From Eledone cirrhosa (Eukaryota): a stretch of 64,000 nucleotides of DNA. Position numbers and translations under genes: made by a program. Below the pieces are notes generated by a model, which saw nothing but the letters and a program-made list of their open reading frames with translations, was not told the DNA's origin and made no database searches. Location: NCBI GenBank assembly GCA_964016885.1, contig OZ024744.1, positions 44,640,001 through 44,704,000 on the forward strand. The letters are read 5' to 3'. Positions 49,870 through 64,000 of this stretch are shown here, piece after piece (the first letter of the stretch is position 1; every line of letters starts with the position of its first letter).

Positions 49870-52800
49870 ACAGGGAGAAAGAGACGATTATGAGGAAGAA
49901 AAATTTTTTTATCCTTCATTTTGTCTCTCTCTCTCTCTTTTCTGGGTTAGAAAAGGATTAAAACGAAATGTTTTACTCTGTGTGAAGTGTTAAGGTCTTA
50001 GATGATTTATTTATTATTTAACGATGGCATTTATTTATCTATTTATATATTTAATTATTGTCTATTACCGGTTTCAGCATTTATATGCATTATCAAATGA
50101 TAGTGAAATGTATTAGTGTGGTGTCGCACATGTTAAACAGAAGGTGCAGAAAGAATAATGTTATATACAAACAAGGTTTAAGAAGTGAAAGTGAAAAGGA
50201 ACAAGGAAAAAAAAACGTGCATAATGTGGAACGTAAAAAGTCAATGTGGAAGAAAAGTTAATGTTATTTACAAGCACAGTCATTGAAGTTAAGCAGTTCA
50301 AAATGTGTTAATATCGCAAGAGTGTTTAGTTGAACCATGGTTCCGTGAAGGGGGCAAATGGTGGACTGTGGTTTGATATGATTTCCCTTTTTAGAGAGTT
50401 AATATGCAGGGGAAGCAATTCTTGCTGGGTGATATTTAATTTATTTAAGAAAAAGGATTAGGTAGGGTGTGAGGGAGGTAACTCTTGTAAATATTTGATG
50501 GTTTGTTGCAGTTTTAGAAAGGTCCGAATTTCAGAGCATTGAGTAGTGGTTGAAATTTATTAATGAAATGTGTTTCCTTATTGGTGCGTTGGATGAAAGT
50601 AGCGTTGTCTATGAATTTGTAAATGGAGAAAATTTTAAAGTTTGGAAGTTGGTTGAGAGCACAATTGGCGATATGTTCACTAAATGCAATCTTTCTGTAT
50701 TCCTGTATTTTAATTTGTGATTTATGGACGGTCATACTTTGACGGAGGCTGTTTTTTGTCTGTCCTATATAGTGCTCTAGACAACCTGAGCAGGTCAAAA
50801 CATAGATAAGGTTTTCAGATGCACATGTACAGTTGTGTTTAACTGTGAAACGTTGTCCTTCTTTAAAATGGAATGTTGAACCTTCTATTAGATTTATGCA
50901 TATGCCACAGTTGGGCCTTCCGCATTCTGTTACTGTAGGGTTTATTGTGAAGGTTTGTTGGATTTTGGCTTGTGTGAGGATGTTTTTTATGGATTTGGGT
51001 TGTCTTTTGCTCTTTATGATGTTGTGGGTTTGGAGGATATTGTTCATTCTTGGGTCTCTTTTTAGTAAAGGAATTTCTGGAGGATGGTATCGAATGTCTC
51101 ATTGTTGAGGGGGTTGTGTGTGGAGATGTATGGTAGAGTTTTTTGTTGCGGTTCACTCCTGGGTTTGGGGTGTCTGAGTTCCTGGATGTCTAGTTTTAGG
51201 GCACGTTGGAATCCATTGGTGATTAGGGATTGTGGGTAGTTTCTGCTGATAAGTGTGTTTTTTAATTCTTCTAGTCGTGTGTAGCCTGTGTATTTATCTG
51301 AAACTATTGTGCAGATCCTTCTGGCTAGGTTATAAGGAATTGCCATTTTGGTGTGTCTAGGGTGGCACGAGTTGAATGGAAGTTATTGTTTGGAGTCTGT
51401 GGGTTTGTAGTATATGTCTGTTTCTATTTTGTTGCTTGTTTTCTTGATGAAGATGTCGCAGAAAGGGAGTTGTTCATGGCTGTAATCCATTGTGAATTGT
51501 AAGTTTGTGTTGAGTCCATTCAGAAAGTATGAAAGTGGCATGAAAGTACAGATAGACTGTTTGAAACAGTCTATCTGTACTTTCATGCCAGAGGATGAAG
51601 CAGTCGTCCAGATATCTCTTCCAGTTCTTTTCTATGTGTTAGTAGAAGTGGTTGCCGTATTTGTCTAGAACTTTGCGGTAGACAGTGGTTTCCAAATATC
51701 CCATGACAATGTTGGCGTATGAGGGGGCCACTCTCGTGCCCATGGCAGTCCCAGATTTCTGTCTGTAGTATTTGGCATTGCATTCGAAGAAATTGTTTTC
51801 CAAGATGAATTTGAGTCCCTCCAACACAAATTCTTTAGGGATGCGCTGTGGGAGTTCACTAGGGAAAATTTCCATCCAGAATTGTATTGTCTCTATACCT
51901 AGGTTGTGTGGGATAGTGGAATATAAATTGATGACATCAAAGGTTACTAGTAGGGTATGTTCGTTATTGAGTGTTGTTGGGAGGTGGTTGAGCATGTCAA
52001 AGTCGTCCCTTATGAAGCTTTTTATATGTTTTAGGAAATGTTTAAGGAGAATATCTAGGAAGTTGCTTAGGCGGTGGGTTTCACATGTGGTGCATGCTAT
52101 TATGGGTCTTAATTTAAGGTCATCAGGAGGGGCTATATTGATATAAACGTCTGTGGCTTGCTTGCAGGCCCTGCCTATTACTTCGCTTTTGTGTGTCTTG
52201 GGGATACAGTAGAAGAGGCTGGTTCTGCTTTTGAAATTGGTGATGTAGTTGTATTCCTTGTCTGTAAGGCCTTCTTTGTAAAGGGTTGTTAGGGATTTTA
52301 GGTTTCTCATTATTTTCTGTTGTGTGTAGTGTTGGACCTTTTCATAATATGTTTGGTTTTCTAGATAAGGATTACTGCACTCCCTTTATCTGCCCCTTTG
52401 ATTGTTAGGGTTTTGTCGTTTTTTAGACTGTTAAGACCATTCCATTCTTTTTTGCTTAGGTTAGGTTTTTGTTTATGTCTGTGTAGGTGGTGGAATGGGT
52501 AATTAGTAATGTGTTCGCAGAATTGATCGAGGAACTTGTTCTTGCCTTTTGGTGGGGTGTAGTTGCTTCTATTTCTGGCTATTGAGTCATCCTCATTGTA
52601 TTTGTTGTATAGTTGTTCGCTGAGTCTTAGTTTTCTACAGAATTCTGCAATATCTTCCTTCATTTAGGGGTAGTTTGGTTGTTGGGGAGTTGGTGTAAAT
52701 TTTAGACCTTTGGAGAGTATGTTGATTTGGTCTGTTGTTAATTCTTTGGAGGTTAAATTGACAATTTTTATTGTATTTTGTGTCTCCTGTGTGTTTTGTG

Positions 52801-55800
52801 TTATCTTGTAATCCTGTGTCTGTGTGCTGTGTCTAAAAAATGATTACGGAAGTTGTGATGGCTGTTGAAGTTTGGATGTTTCTTATAGTTGTGTTGGCTC
52901 CTGCTGTTGTTGTAAGATGGTGTGTAGCTGTGGTGGTTGTTGAGTTTAGGTTGTATCGTGTCGTTTTATTGAGCCCTGCTGATGTTGTTGTAGGGTGTGT
53001 AGATTTGAAGGACGTAGTTATAGGGTGTGAAGTTGTGGTGGTTGTTGAAGTTGGGTTGTAACGTGTGGTTGTGTTGAGCACTGCTGTTGTTGTAGGGTGT
53101 GTAGACTTGGTGGTAGTTGTAGTAGGGTTGTCTTGTGTGTTCATATTGAATCCTGTTGTTGCTGTTATATGGTGTGTAGCTATGGTGGTTGTAGTGGTTA
53201 GGGTGTCTCGTGTGGTTGTATTGTCCCCTGCTGGTGTTGTTATAGTAGGGTGTGGTAAGTGGCGGAGGGTAGATTAGGGTTTCCTTATAGCTGGTGTGTG
53301 GTTGTGAGGCCCTGTGTGACATGTGTGGTAGTTGTGTATTTTGGGTTCTATGTTGGAAGTAATGATGGTTGTGGGTTTGTTGTGTGGGGATATTAGGGGG
53401 GTTGTAAGTGTGTGTGTGTGGGGGGGGGGGGGGGGTTATGGTTTCTCCTGGTTGGAGGGAAGTTGTAGTATCTATCTTGTAGCTGATGTTTCTCTATTAC
53501 TATATTTGTTGCTTGGGAGTCCGTGTGATAGTTGTGTGGAGCGTGTAGGAGGGTGTAGGAGGGTGTACGACGTATCCCCAAGTAATAGGAAGGGCCTGCA
53601 AGCAAGCCACAGACGTTTACATCAATATAGCCCCTCCTGATGACGTTAAATTAAGACCCATAATAGCAGGCACTACATGTGAAACACACCGCCTAGGCAA
53701 CCTTCTAGATATTCTGCTTAAACCTTTCCTAAAACACATAAAAAGCTTCATAAGGGACGACCTTGACATGCTCAACCACCTCCCAACAACACTCAATAAT
53801 GGACATACCCTACTAGTAACCTTTGATGTCATCAATATATATTCCAATATCCCACACAACCTAGGTATAGAGGCAATACAATTCTGGATGAAAAGCTTCC
53901 CCAGTGAACTTCCACAGCGCATCCCTAAAGAATTTGTGTTGGAGGGACTCAAATTCATCTTGGAAAATAATTTCTTCGAATTCAATGCCAAATACTACAG
54001 ACAGAAATCTGGGACTGCCATGGGCACAAAAGTGGCCCCCTCATACGCCAACCTTGTCATGGGATACTTGGAAACCATTCTCTACCGCAAAGCTCTAAAC
54101 AAATACGGCAACCACTTCAACCAACACATAGAAAAGAACTGGACGAGATATCTGGACGACTGCTTCATCCTCTGGCATGAAAGTATAGATAGACTGTTTC
54201 AAACAGTCTATCTGTACTTTCATGCCACTTTCATACTTTCTGAATGGACTCAACACAAACTTACAATTCACAATGGATGACAGCCCTTTCTTCGATATCC
54301 TCAACAAGAAAACAAGCAACAAAATAGAAACAGACATATACTACAAACCCACAGACTCCAAATAATACCTTCCATTGAACTCGTGCCACCCTAGACACAC
54401 CAAATTGGCAATTCCTTATAACCTAGCCAGAAGGATCTGCACAATAGTTTCAGATAAATACACAGGCTACACACGACAAGAAGAATTAAAAAACACCCTT
54501 ATCAGAAGAAACTACCCACCATCCCTCTTAACCAACGGATTCCAACGTGCCCTAAAACTAGACATCCAGGAACTCAGACACCCCAAACCCAGGAGTGAAC
54601 CGCAACAAAAAACTCTACCATATATCTCCACACACAACCCCCTCAACAATGAGGCATTCGATACCATCCTCCAGAACATTCCTTTACTAAAAAGAGACCC
54701 AAGAATGAACAATATCCTCCAAACACACAACATCATAAAGAGCAAAAGACAACCCAAATCCATAAAAAACATCCTCACACAAGCCAAAATCCAACAAACC
54801 TTCACAATAAACCCTACAGTAACAAAATGCGGAAGGCCCAACTGTGGCATATGCATAATTCTAATAGAAGGTTCAACATTCCATTTTAAACAAGGACAAC
54901 GTTTCACAGTTAAACACAACTGTACATGTACATCTGAAAACCTTATCTATGTTTTGACTTGCTAGAGCACTATATAGGACAGACAAAAAACAGCCTCCGT
55001 CAACGACTGACCGTCCATAAATCACAAATTAAAATACAGGAATACAGAAAGATTGCATTTAGTGAACATATCGCCAATTGTGCTCTCAACCAACTTCCAA
55101 ACTTTAAATTTTTCCCCATTTACAAATTCATAGACAACGCTACTTTCATCCAACGCACCAATAAGGAAACACATTTCATTAATAAATTTCAACCACTACT
55201 CAATGCCCTGAAATTTGGACCTTTCTAAAACTGCAATAAACCATCAAATATTTACAAGAGTTACCTCCCTCACACCCTACCTAATCCTTTTTCTTGAATA
55301 AATTAAATATCACCCAGCAAGAATTGCTTCCCCTGCATATTAACTCTCTAAAAAGGGAAATCATATCAAACCACAGTCCACCATTTGCCCCTTCACGGAA
55401 CCATGGTTCAACTAAACACTCTTGCGATATTAACACATTTTGAACTGCTTAACTTCAATGACTGTGCTTGTAAATAACATTAACTTTTCTTCCACACTGA
55501 TTTTTTACGTTCCACATTATGCACGTTTTTTTTTCCTTGTTCCTTTTCACTTTCACTTCTTAAACCTTGTTTGTATATAACATTATTCTTTCTGCACCTT
55601 CTGTTTAACATGTGCGACACCACACTAATACATTTCACTATCATTTGATAATGCATATAAATGCAGAAACCGGTAATAGACAATAATTAAATATATAAAT
55701 AGATAAATAAATGCCATCGTTAAATAATAAATAAATCAACTAATACCTTAACACTTCACACAGAGTAAAACATTCTGTTTTAATCATTGTCTAATCCAGA

Positions 55801-55880
55801 TAAGAGAGAGAGAGAGAGACAAAAAAAAAGGAAAACATATATATTTTTCTTCCTCACAACGTCTCTTTGTCCCTATTTTC
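49866..55880. mobile_element. Neptune-type Penelope in tail-out inverted arrangement (minus arm 49866-53590, plus arm 53590-55880)
   Basis: RT LVTFDVIN.YS.IPH, GTAMG..VAPSYAN, YLDD; linker CGRPNCGIC (Cx4Cx2C); GIY-YIG LIYVLTC...HYIGQT. The plus arm mirrors 49866-52172; (TA)n on both outer sides. Confidence 0.9.
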
Positions 55881-55915
55881 ATATATATATATCCTAACTC
55901 GTGTGCCTCCGCTCC

Positions 55916-56059
<144 letters not shown>

Positions 56060-56060
56060 C

Positions 56061-56156
<96 letters not shown>

Positions 56157-56157
56157 G

Positions 56158-56195
<38 letters not shown>

Positions 56196-56299
56196 AATGA
56201 AGTAATTCCATCGGAAAAGTCCATGAAAAAAGAGTGCTCTATGTAGGCAACAGAGCTTAATATTATTATTATTATGTAATAAACAACATAAGGCAATTA

Positions 56300-56359
56300 T
56301 TCCATTTACCAGTGGTTTCTTAAAAGCAAAAGGTTTTGCTTTCAATCATCAGAACGGAA
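56300..56359 (-). ncRNA. Canonical type I hammerhead ribozyme (family B)
   Basis: Reverse complement: TTCCGTT CTGATGA TTGAAAGCAAAA-CC-TTTTGCTTTTAA GAAA CC-ACT-GG TA AATGGAA; 7-bp stem I, GUA site. Confidence 0.9.
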
Positions 56360-57017
56360 AAAGCTGGTATGTTTATTGAATTTGGATTACAAAACCAAAA
56401 ATGCAATCTATATGAAAGTGAGGCTGGAGAAGGGAGAAGGAAAGGAAAAATAAAATAAAACAACGCATGCACACACACATACAAAAAAACCCCAAAAGCA
56501 TACTTACACACACATACATATATACATATATATATGTACGCATACATATATACATATACACATATATATAAAACGTACACTTACCTACACAAACACATAT
56601 ATACACACATATACACATACATACATTAATACATATACACACACGCACACACACACACACATACACACACACACACACACACAAACACACACACGCGCGC
56701 ACATATCCACACACATATATATATGTACATATATATATATATATATATATACATATATATACACATATACACACATACACATACACACACATACACATGT
56801 GTGTGTACAAGCATACACATACACAAACATAGCCACACACACACACATATATATACACATACATACATTCACACGAACATACAAAACGTACATACATACA
56901 CATACATGAATGCACTCCTCTACATATTCACACACGCAAATAAATATAAGAAAAAAAAATATATATATATATATACGATATTAAATAAATGGAAACTATA
57001 TTTATAAAACCATATTT

Positions 57018-57082
57018 ATTTCATTATATATATTTCAGGGATATCATATTAAAAATATGTTATGCCTTCCTCAGACAAAATA
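57018..57082 (-). ncRNA. Hammerhead motif (family C variant)
   Basis: Reverse complement: CTGAGGA AGGCATAACATATT...AATATGATATCCCT GAAA TAT ATA. Confidence 0.6.
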
Positions 57083-57492
57083 CAATATAAACAGTCTTAT
57101 AAATAGATAGATTCGACATACCTTTCAACATCGACTTCAATTTGAAAAGTTGAATTGGTAGTAAATATACTCCAAATACTTGTTGAGTGCTTTTATATCA
57201 GTTATAAATATTTACTCGTTGTTAACCCAACAATTTAAATAAAACTTTGCATATATATATATATATATTTTAAAAATTTTTGACAGCGATACATGACCCA
57301 GCTAACAGGACAGACACGCGTGGTAAGTAATACACACAAAAAAAGCACGTATACATACGTACGAAATAGTAAACACATACACACTCTCATACATAAATAT
57401 ACATAAACAAATACAAAAACACATACATACACATACATACACAAACACGCACACGTATACATATTAAACACACACACATATGTATATGTAAT

Positions 57493-57648
<156 letters not shown>

Positions 57649-57905
57649 CACATATACACACACATATATATATATATATATACAAAAATATAAACGCACA
57701 CACACACACACACACACACATACACACGCATATACGTAAACACACATATATACATACATAGCTAAACAATTATACACATGCAAATACGTATATATCAAAA
57801 ACACGCACAACCAAAAACAAATACACACACACATACACACACACACACACACACCCAACCACACACACACATACACAAAAAAAAATTATAAACACACACA
57901 TATAC

Positions 57906-57988
<83 letters not shown>

Positions 57989-58146
57989 CACACACATACA
58001 CACATACGTACATATACACATGTGCATACACATATACACACACATATACATGTATGTATGTGTAAAACTCAGTATTAGAAAAGACAAATGAACCTTACAT
58101 AAACGTATATATAGTAGTAAGGTAATAAAGCAATATAAGGCAATTA

Positions 58147-58206
58147 TTCCATTCACCAGAGGTTTCTTAAAAGCAAAAAATGTTTCCTTCAGTCTTCAGA
58201 ATGAAA
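58147..58206 (-). ncRNA. Hammerhead motif (family B-related, GUG triplet)
   Basis: Mirror of 60075-60134. Confidence 0.7.
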
Positions 58207-58288
58207 AAAAGTGAAAAAAACCTGGTTTATCCACATACATATACACACACAAATATACATATATATACACATACACAAACACACACAT

Positions 58289-58347
<59 letters not shown>

Positions 58348-58520
58348 TATATATACATACACATATACATATATATATATATATATATACACATATATAT
58401 ATACACACAAAAATACATACACATACACATAGGTATGTGAAGGGCAAAACAAAAAGAATATATGGGGGGGGGGGCTAAGAGGAGGTAAACATATAAGGGG
58501 AGGTAGAGAGAAAAAAAGAT

Positions 58521-59693
58521 GTGTGCGACTTAGTAGGATTATTCCTTCTCCACACACTCAAAGAGAAATTTCCGTCCCATAATATCGGTTTATACCGTGA
58601 TGACGGATTAGCAGTTTCTCATACCACCAACGGCCATAATCTTGATAAATTCCGTAAAGATTTAATTAGTACTTTTGCTAATCTTAACCTTAAAATTACT
58701 ATAGATACGAACCTTACTAATGCTAACTTTCTTGATATTAATCTTGATCTACTTACTGCCTCTTTTAAACCCTATCATAAACCTAATGAAAATCTTAGGT
58801 ATATACACAAAGAGTCTTGCCATCCCCCTATAGTTTTTAATAATCTTATTTCTAACATTAGCCGTAGGATTTCTACCCTATCTTCGTCTATAGACATTTT
58901 TAATAAAGCCGCCCCTTATTATAATAAAGCCCTTAAGAACAGCGGTTTTACAGAAAATATTTCTTATTTACCTACCCCCCCCCCCCCTAAAACTAACCAT
59001 AATAACAGGAAAAGGAAGATTATTTGGTTCACACCCCCCTTCTCTCTAAATGTCAAAACTAATGTAGGAAGGAAATTCCTTGAACTATTAGACAAACATT
59101 TTCCTCCTATTCATAGATATTATAAGATTTTTAATAGGAATGTAGTTAAGATCAGCTACTCTTGTTGCCCATCCATGAAGTCCAAAATCACCAGTTCAAA
59201 CCGTACGAGGATAAATCGAGGATGCAGTTGCAGGAAGCCGGATGAATGCCCATTACAGGGTAAATGTAACACAAAATCTGTCGTTTATGAGGCTAAGATA
59301 ACGCCAGTTATCAACAACCAGCCAGCCAGGAGTGAGCGATATGTCGGTATGACCCAGGACAGGTTTAAAACCAGATTTTACTCACATGTCGCTTCTTTTA
59401 AGCACTCTGATAAACGAACATCAACGGCCCTCGCAAGTAAGGTATGGGATCTCAAGGATAGTAATATCCCGTACTCTATTGATTGGTCTTTATTAGACCA
59501 TTCGAGAGAGTACCAAAGGGGCACAAAGAATTGTTCTTTGTGTACCACAGAAAAGTATAGGATTTTGCTAAACTTGAGAGCCACTTCCGCTTGCCTTAAC
59601 TCAAAGACTGAGATCTTCAGATGCTGTCCTCATCTGAAATCGCATCTGATCTGTAACTGGATTGACACTCCTATGATAAATCAACCGCCTTGA
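58521..59693 (+). CDS. Penelope (Naiad-type) RT C-terminal half + GIY-YIG endonuclease, uninterrupted 390 aa
   Basis: GLYRDDGL, NFLDINLDL, WFTPPFS, CSCRKPDECP (CxCx5C), VVYEA...YVG, FKTRFYSH, CSLC..EK, LNSKTEI...CPH. Confidence 0.88.
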   Translation: MCDLVGLFLLHTLKEKFPSHNIGLYRDDGLAVSHTTNGHNLDKFRKDLISTFANLNLKITIDTNLTNANFLDINLDLLTASFKPYHKPNENLRYIHKESCHPPIVFNNLISNISRRISTLSSSIDIFNKAAPYYNKALKNSGFTENISYLPTPPPPKTNHNNRKRKIIWFTPPFSLNVKTNVGRKFLELLDKHFPPIHRYYKIFNRNVVKISYSCCPSMKSKITSSNRTRINRGCSCRKPDECPLQGKCNTKSVVYEAKITPVINNQPARSERYVGMTQDRFKTRFYSHVASFKHSDKRTSTALASKVWDLKDSNIPYSIDWSLLDHSREYQRGTKNCSLCTTEKYRILLNLRATSACLNSKTEIFRCCPHLKSHLICNWIDTPMINQPP

Positions 59694-59931
59694 ACTCCTT
59701 TCCTACTCTTTACTTCTGCTACGGTTTTTATTTTGCTGATTCTACCTTCTGTACTCTTGTATATTTAAAATTTTTTTTCTCTCTTACCTCCCCATATATT
59801 TTTACCTCCTCTTAGCCCCCCCCCTATATTCTTTTTGTTTTGCCCTTCACATACCTATGTGTATGTGTATGTATTTTTGTGTGTATATATATGTGTGTAT
59901 ATATATATATATGTATATGTGTATGTATATA

Positions 59932-59986
<55 letters not shown>

Positions 59987-60074
59987 ATGTGTGTGTTTGT
60001 GTATGTGTATATATATGTATATTTGTGTGTGTATATGTATGTATATGTGGATAAACCAGTTTTTTTAAACTTTT

Positions 60075-60134
60075 TTTCATTCTGAAGACTGAAGCAAACA
60101 TTTTTTGCTTTTAAGAAACCTCTGGTGAATGGAA
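60075..60134 (+). ncRNA. Hammerhead motif (family B-related, GUG triplet)
   Basis: TTTCATT CTGAAGA CTGAAGCAAA...TTTGCTTTTAA GAAA CC-TCT-GG TG AATGGAA. Confidence 0.7.
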
Positions 60135-60300
60135 TAATTGCCTTATGTTGCTTTATTACCTTACTACTATATATACGTTTATGTAAGGTTCATTTGTCTT
60201 TTCTAATACTGAGTTTTACACATACACACATGTATATGTGTGTGTGTATGTGTATGCACATGTGTATATGTACGTATGTGTGTATGTGTGTGTATGTATA

Positions 60301-60337
<37 letters not shown>

Positions 60338-60597
60338 GTATATGTATGTATGAATGTATGTATATGTGTGTGTGTGTTTATAAAATTTTTTTTGTATGTA
60401 TGTGTGTGTGTGGTTGTGTGTGTGTGTGTGTGTGTATGTGTGTGTGTATTTGTTTTTGGTTGTGCGTGTTTTTGATATATACGTATTTGCATGTGTATAA
60501 TTGCTTAGCTATGTATGTATATATGTGTGTTTACGTATATGCGTGTGTGTGTGTGTGTGTGTGTGTGCGTTTATATTTTTGTATATATATATATATA

Positions 60598-60685
<88 letters not shown>

Positions 60686-60741
60686 TAAAAAAATAATGAA
60701 TAAAACAATGAAACAGTTCCTTATATTAAACAAAAAAAGTT

Positions 60742-60900
60742 CATTATTTAACGATCGTTTGTAGGACATATATGTGTTAGAATTGGTATGCATATTCAAG
60801 AGATCTATGTACAAAATTATACAAAATTATACAAAATTATACAAATTATCAAATATAATATACATACCAACACATACATATGCCGTCTTCAGAAATAATG
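60742..60900 (-). ncRNA. Hammerhead motif with very long stem II, G12 apparently lost
   Basis: Reverse complement: CATTATTT CTGAAGA [long hairpin] TAC-AAA-CGATCG-TT AAATAATG. 8-bp stem I; palindromic AACGATCGTT. Confidence 0.6.
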
Positions 60901-61238
60901 AAATATATTTATTGATAATAACAATTCAAAATTACAGGTCTGTTTGGGAACAGAGTTCAAATTGACCAATGAAATACACAAACATATATCAAGAAAATAC
61001 AGTTAGGTGTGTGTATATATGTAAGTAACTTCGTCCACAGATATGCATAAAAATATATGTTCACATGCATACGCATGTCGAAAAAATGTATGTGAATACA
61101 AAAATTCAGGGCTAATGTCTCTGTATGTTTATAATCTACAGATAAAATACACATACGCGTATAAACATATATAGATTCATATATACACATTCACACACAC
61201 ACACGCGCATATACACATAAACATATACATACCCACGA

Positions 61239-61270
<32 letters not shown>

Positions 61271-61525
61271 GAATATATTAATATTATAACTATATGGATA
61301 TTTAGGCGCACACATAAACACTGCCACATATATTTATACATCCAGATGCAGAAGTGGGTAAGGGGGTCAGTAATTACTAAGGGTGTCACAGAACTGCCTA
61401 TTTATAAAATGTATCTATAAATTTAGAAATAAAAAGAAATATATTTAAAAAAATATAAACAAGTAAAATATATACTCATACATAAAATACACACCGATAT
61501 ACATATATATATATATACATATACA

Positions 61526-61612
<87 letters not shown>

Positions 61613-61995
61613 ATATATACACACATACATACATACATACATACATAGAGACACATACATATACATATATAAATACATAGACACACATACAAACACACAT
61701 ATATATATACATATATTCACAACACACATACATATATACACATATATGTACACACACATACACACACATATATATATATATACACACACACACATACATA
61801 TACGTATATATACACACGCATACACATATACATGTATGTATATACACATACAACCACACGCTCACACAACTAAGACATACATAAATAAAGAGATATACAT
61901 ACACACATATACACACACATATATATATATATATATACATATACATACACATAAATATATATATACACACACACACACACATATATACATACACT

Positions 61996-62043
<48 letters not shown>

Positions 62044-62253
62044 CACACATATATATAAGTATATATAAAATAAATAAATAAATAAATACACACAGTCAGA
62101 CAATTATGCACACATATATATATATACATACACACATCTCTACAAATATATATACACACATACACACACACACATACATATATACATACACACATACATA
62201 TATATATAGACATATATATACACACATATATATACATATATATACACATATAT

Positions 62254-62288
<35 letters not shown>

Positions 62289-62289
62289 C

Positions 62290-62934
62290 AATCATAGACA
62301 CTTATTTACATGCGCACATATGTATTTTTATACTCACATATAAACACCCAAACTACTTACATACTTACATACACATACATTCATCCACGCTTACAAATAC
62401 AAATAATTATAGGGGGGGGGGAGGGGATTAAAATTATTAGTGGGAAATAGTAAATATAGGTTTCAAGGAACATAGAATATTAATCTGCATTTAGATCATA
62501 ATATATGTTTACATAGTAGTTTCAGTATTAGGAAATGTAAGAAAGAAGGCAAAATTATGCATTTTAATATAAGTAGACTATTAATTAAAGGTTAACTAAA
62601 TTAAAATTAGTTAATATATTGATTTCTAAGGTGTATACTACTTAGGTTTATAATATATGAAGCGGAATTTTGAAGTTAAACAGTAGTAGAGTATTAATTA
62701 TATCATAACTAAATTAAAATATTAACATTATGGTATCAATATTAGGAAATGAATTTAGTAATAGGGAAAACCAAATCAAGTATTTCATGGGTAGTATAAT
62801 ATAAATTATAGGTTAACTAAATTAAAAATTATATATTAATTTCTATAGTATATGTTAATTAGGTTTATAATAATTAAAGCAGATTTTGTATTTTATCTCT
62901 CGTAGAATATAATTATAGGTTAACAAAAATTAAA

Positions 62935-63015
<81 letters not shown>

Positions 63016-63918
63016 ATTGTAAAGAATATATTAATTAGGTATATATTTAAAAATTTATCTCAGTTTATGATTACATGATATTCTGCAATTCATCTGTATT
63101 GGAATTTTAATTTTAAGCTAATTAAATTAAAATTATAGGTTAACTAAATTAAAATTAATTTATAAATAAATGTCTAAATTGTACATTAATTAGGTTTATA
63201 ATATTAAAAAATATTTCTCTGTTATTGATTACACGATATTTTGTTATATTTCAACTGTAAAGGAATTTTAATAAAAGGTTAAATAAACTAAAATTAATCT
63301 ATAAATTAATTTACAAAGTATATATTAATTATGTTAATAATATTTAAGAGTTTTTCACAATTTATGATTACACAAGATTTTTTAAAACCTCATCTGTATT
63401 AGAATTTTAATTAAATTAAATTTATAGGTTAACTACATTTAAATTAAATTATATATTAATTTCTAAAATATATATTATTAATTAGGTTTATAATATTTAA
63501 ATGTTTTTCTCAGTTTATGATTACACGATATATTTAATTCCTGTCGCTTATTTTTCAAATATTATAAACCTAAGTAGTATACACCTTAGAAATCAATATA
63601 TTAACTAATTTTAATTTAGTTAACCTTTAATTAATAGTCTACTTATATTAAAATGCATAATTTTGCCTTCTTTCTTACATTTCCTAATACTGAAACTACT
63701 ATGTAAACATATATTATGATCTAAATGCAGATTAATATTCTATGTTCCTTGAAACCTATATTTACTATTTCCCACTAATAATTTTAATCCCCCCCCCCTA
63801 TAATTATTTGTATTTGTAAGCGTGGATGAATGTATGTGTATGTAAGTAGGTATGTATGTTTGGGTGTTTATATGTGAGTATAAAAATACATATGTGCGCA
63901 TGTAAATAAGTGTCTATG

Positions 63919-63965
<47 letters not shown>

Positions 63966-64000
63966 ATATATGTGTTTATATATGTATATATATGTGTGTA
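62290..64000. repeat. Fold-back: arms 62290-62655 / 63561-64000+ around AT-rich diverged tandem units
   Basis: CAATCATAGACACTTATTTACATGCGCAC... is mirrored at ~63895-63922; the core has recurring AATTATAGGTTAACTAAATTAAAA. Confidence 0.85.

Noticed and set aside
52833-53322. Thr-rich mucin-like ORFs
   Set aside because: Low-complexity insert upstream of the Penelope RT; no splice or signal-peptide support.
58521-59693. Selenoprotein-type Naiad (UGA at Cys positions)
   Set aside because: No in-frame TGA at the conserved Cys positions here, in 26961-27854 or in the 17.4-17.8 kb frame.

Overview
Animal genomic DNA, AT-rich and saturated with microsatellites and transposons. The tRNA-SINE family and repeat landscape suggest a mollusc, probably a cephalopod (inference). 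Only one host gene is supported: two phase-compatible exons (43824-44162, 48948-49123) of a secreted PAN/Apple-domain protein. The rest is decayed mobile DNA: Tx1/L1-type LINEs, R4/Dong-type RLE retrotransposons, CRE and RTE fragments, a Chapaev3-like transposon with TIR/TSD, a Merlin/ISXO2 deletion derivative, a Ginger-like MITE, SINEs, minisatellites and several Penelope-like elements (PLEs; Naiad- and Neptune-type). The most striking signal is not in the ORF track. About 16 complete or near-complete and 2 half type-I hammerhead ribozyme (HHR) motifs occur in several families, some with a CCGANGA core. Many cap 'tail-out' fold-back elements embedded in (TA)n, several of them non-coding. One fold-back is interrupted at an A|T site by a 2.36-kb Helitron-like element (TC...CTGG) carrying SGNH-hydrolase-like and BACK-like fragments. 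All calls were read by eye; boundaries of degenerate elements are approximate.
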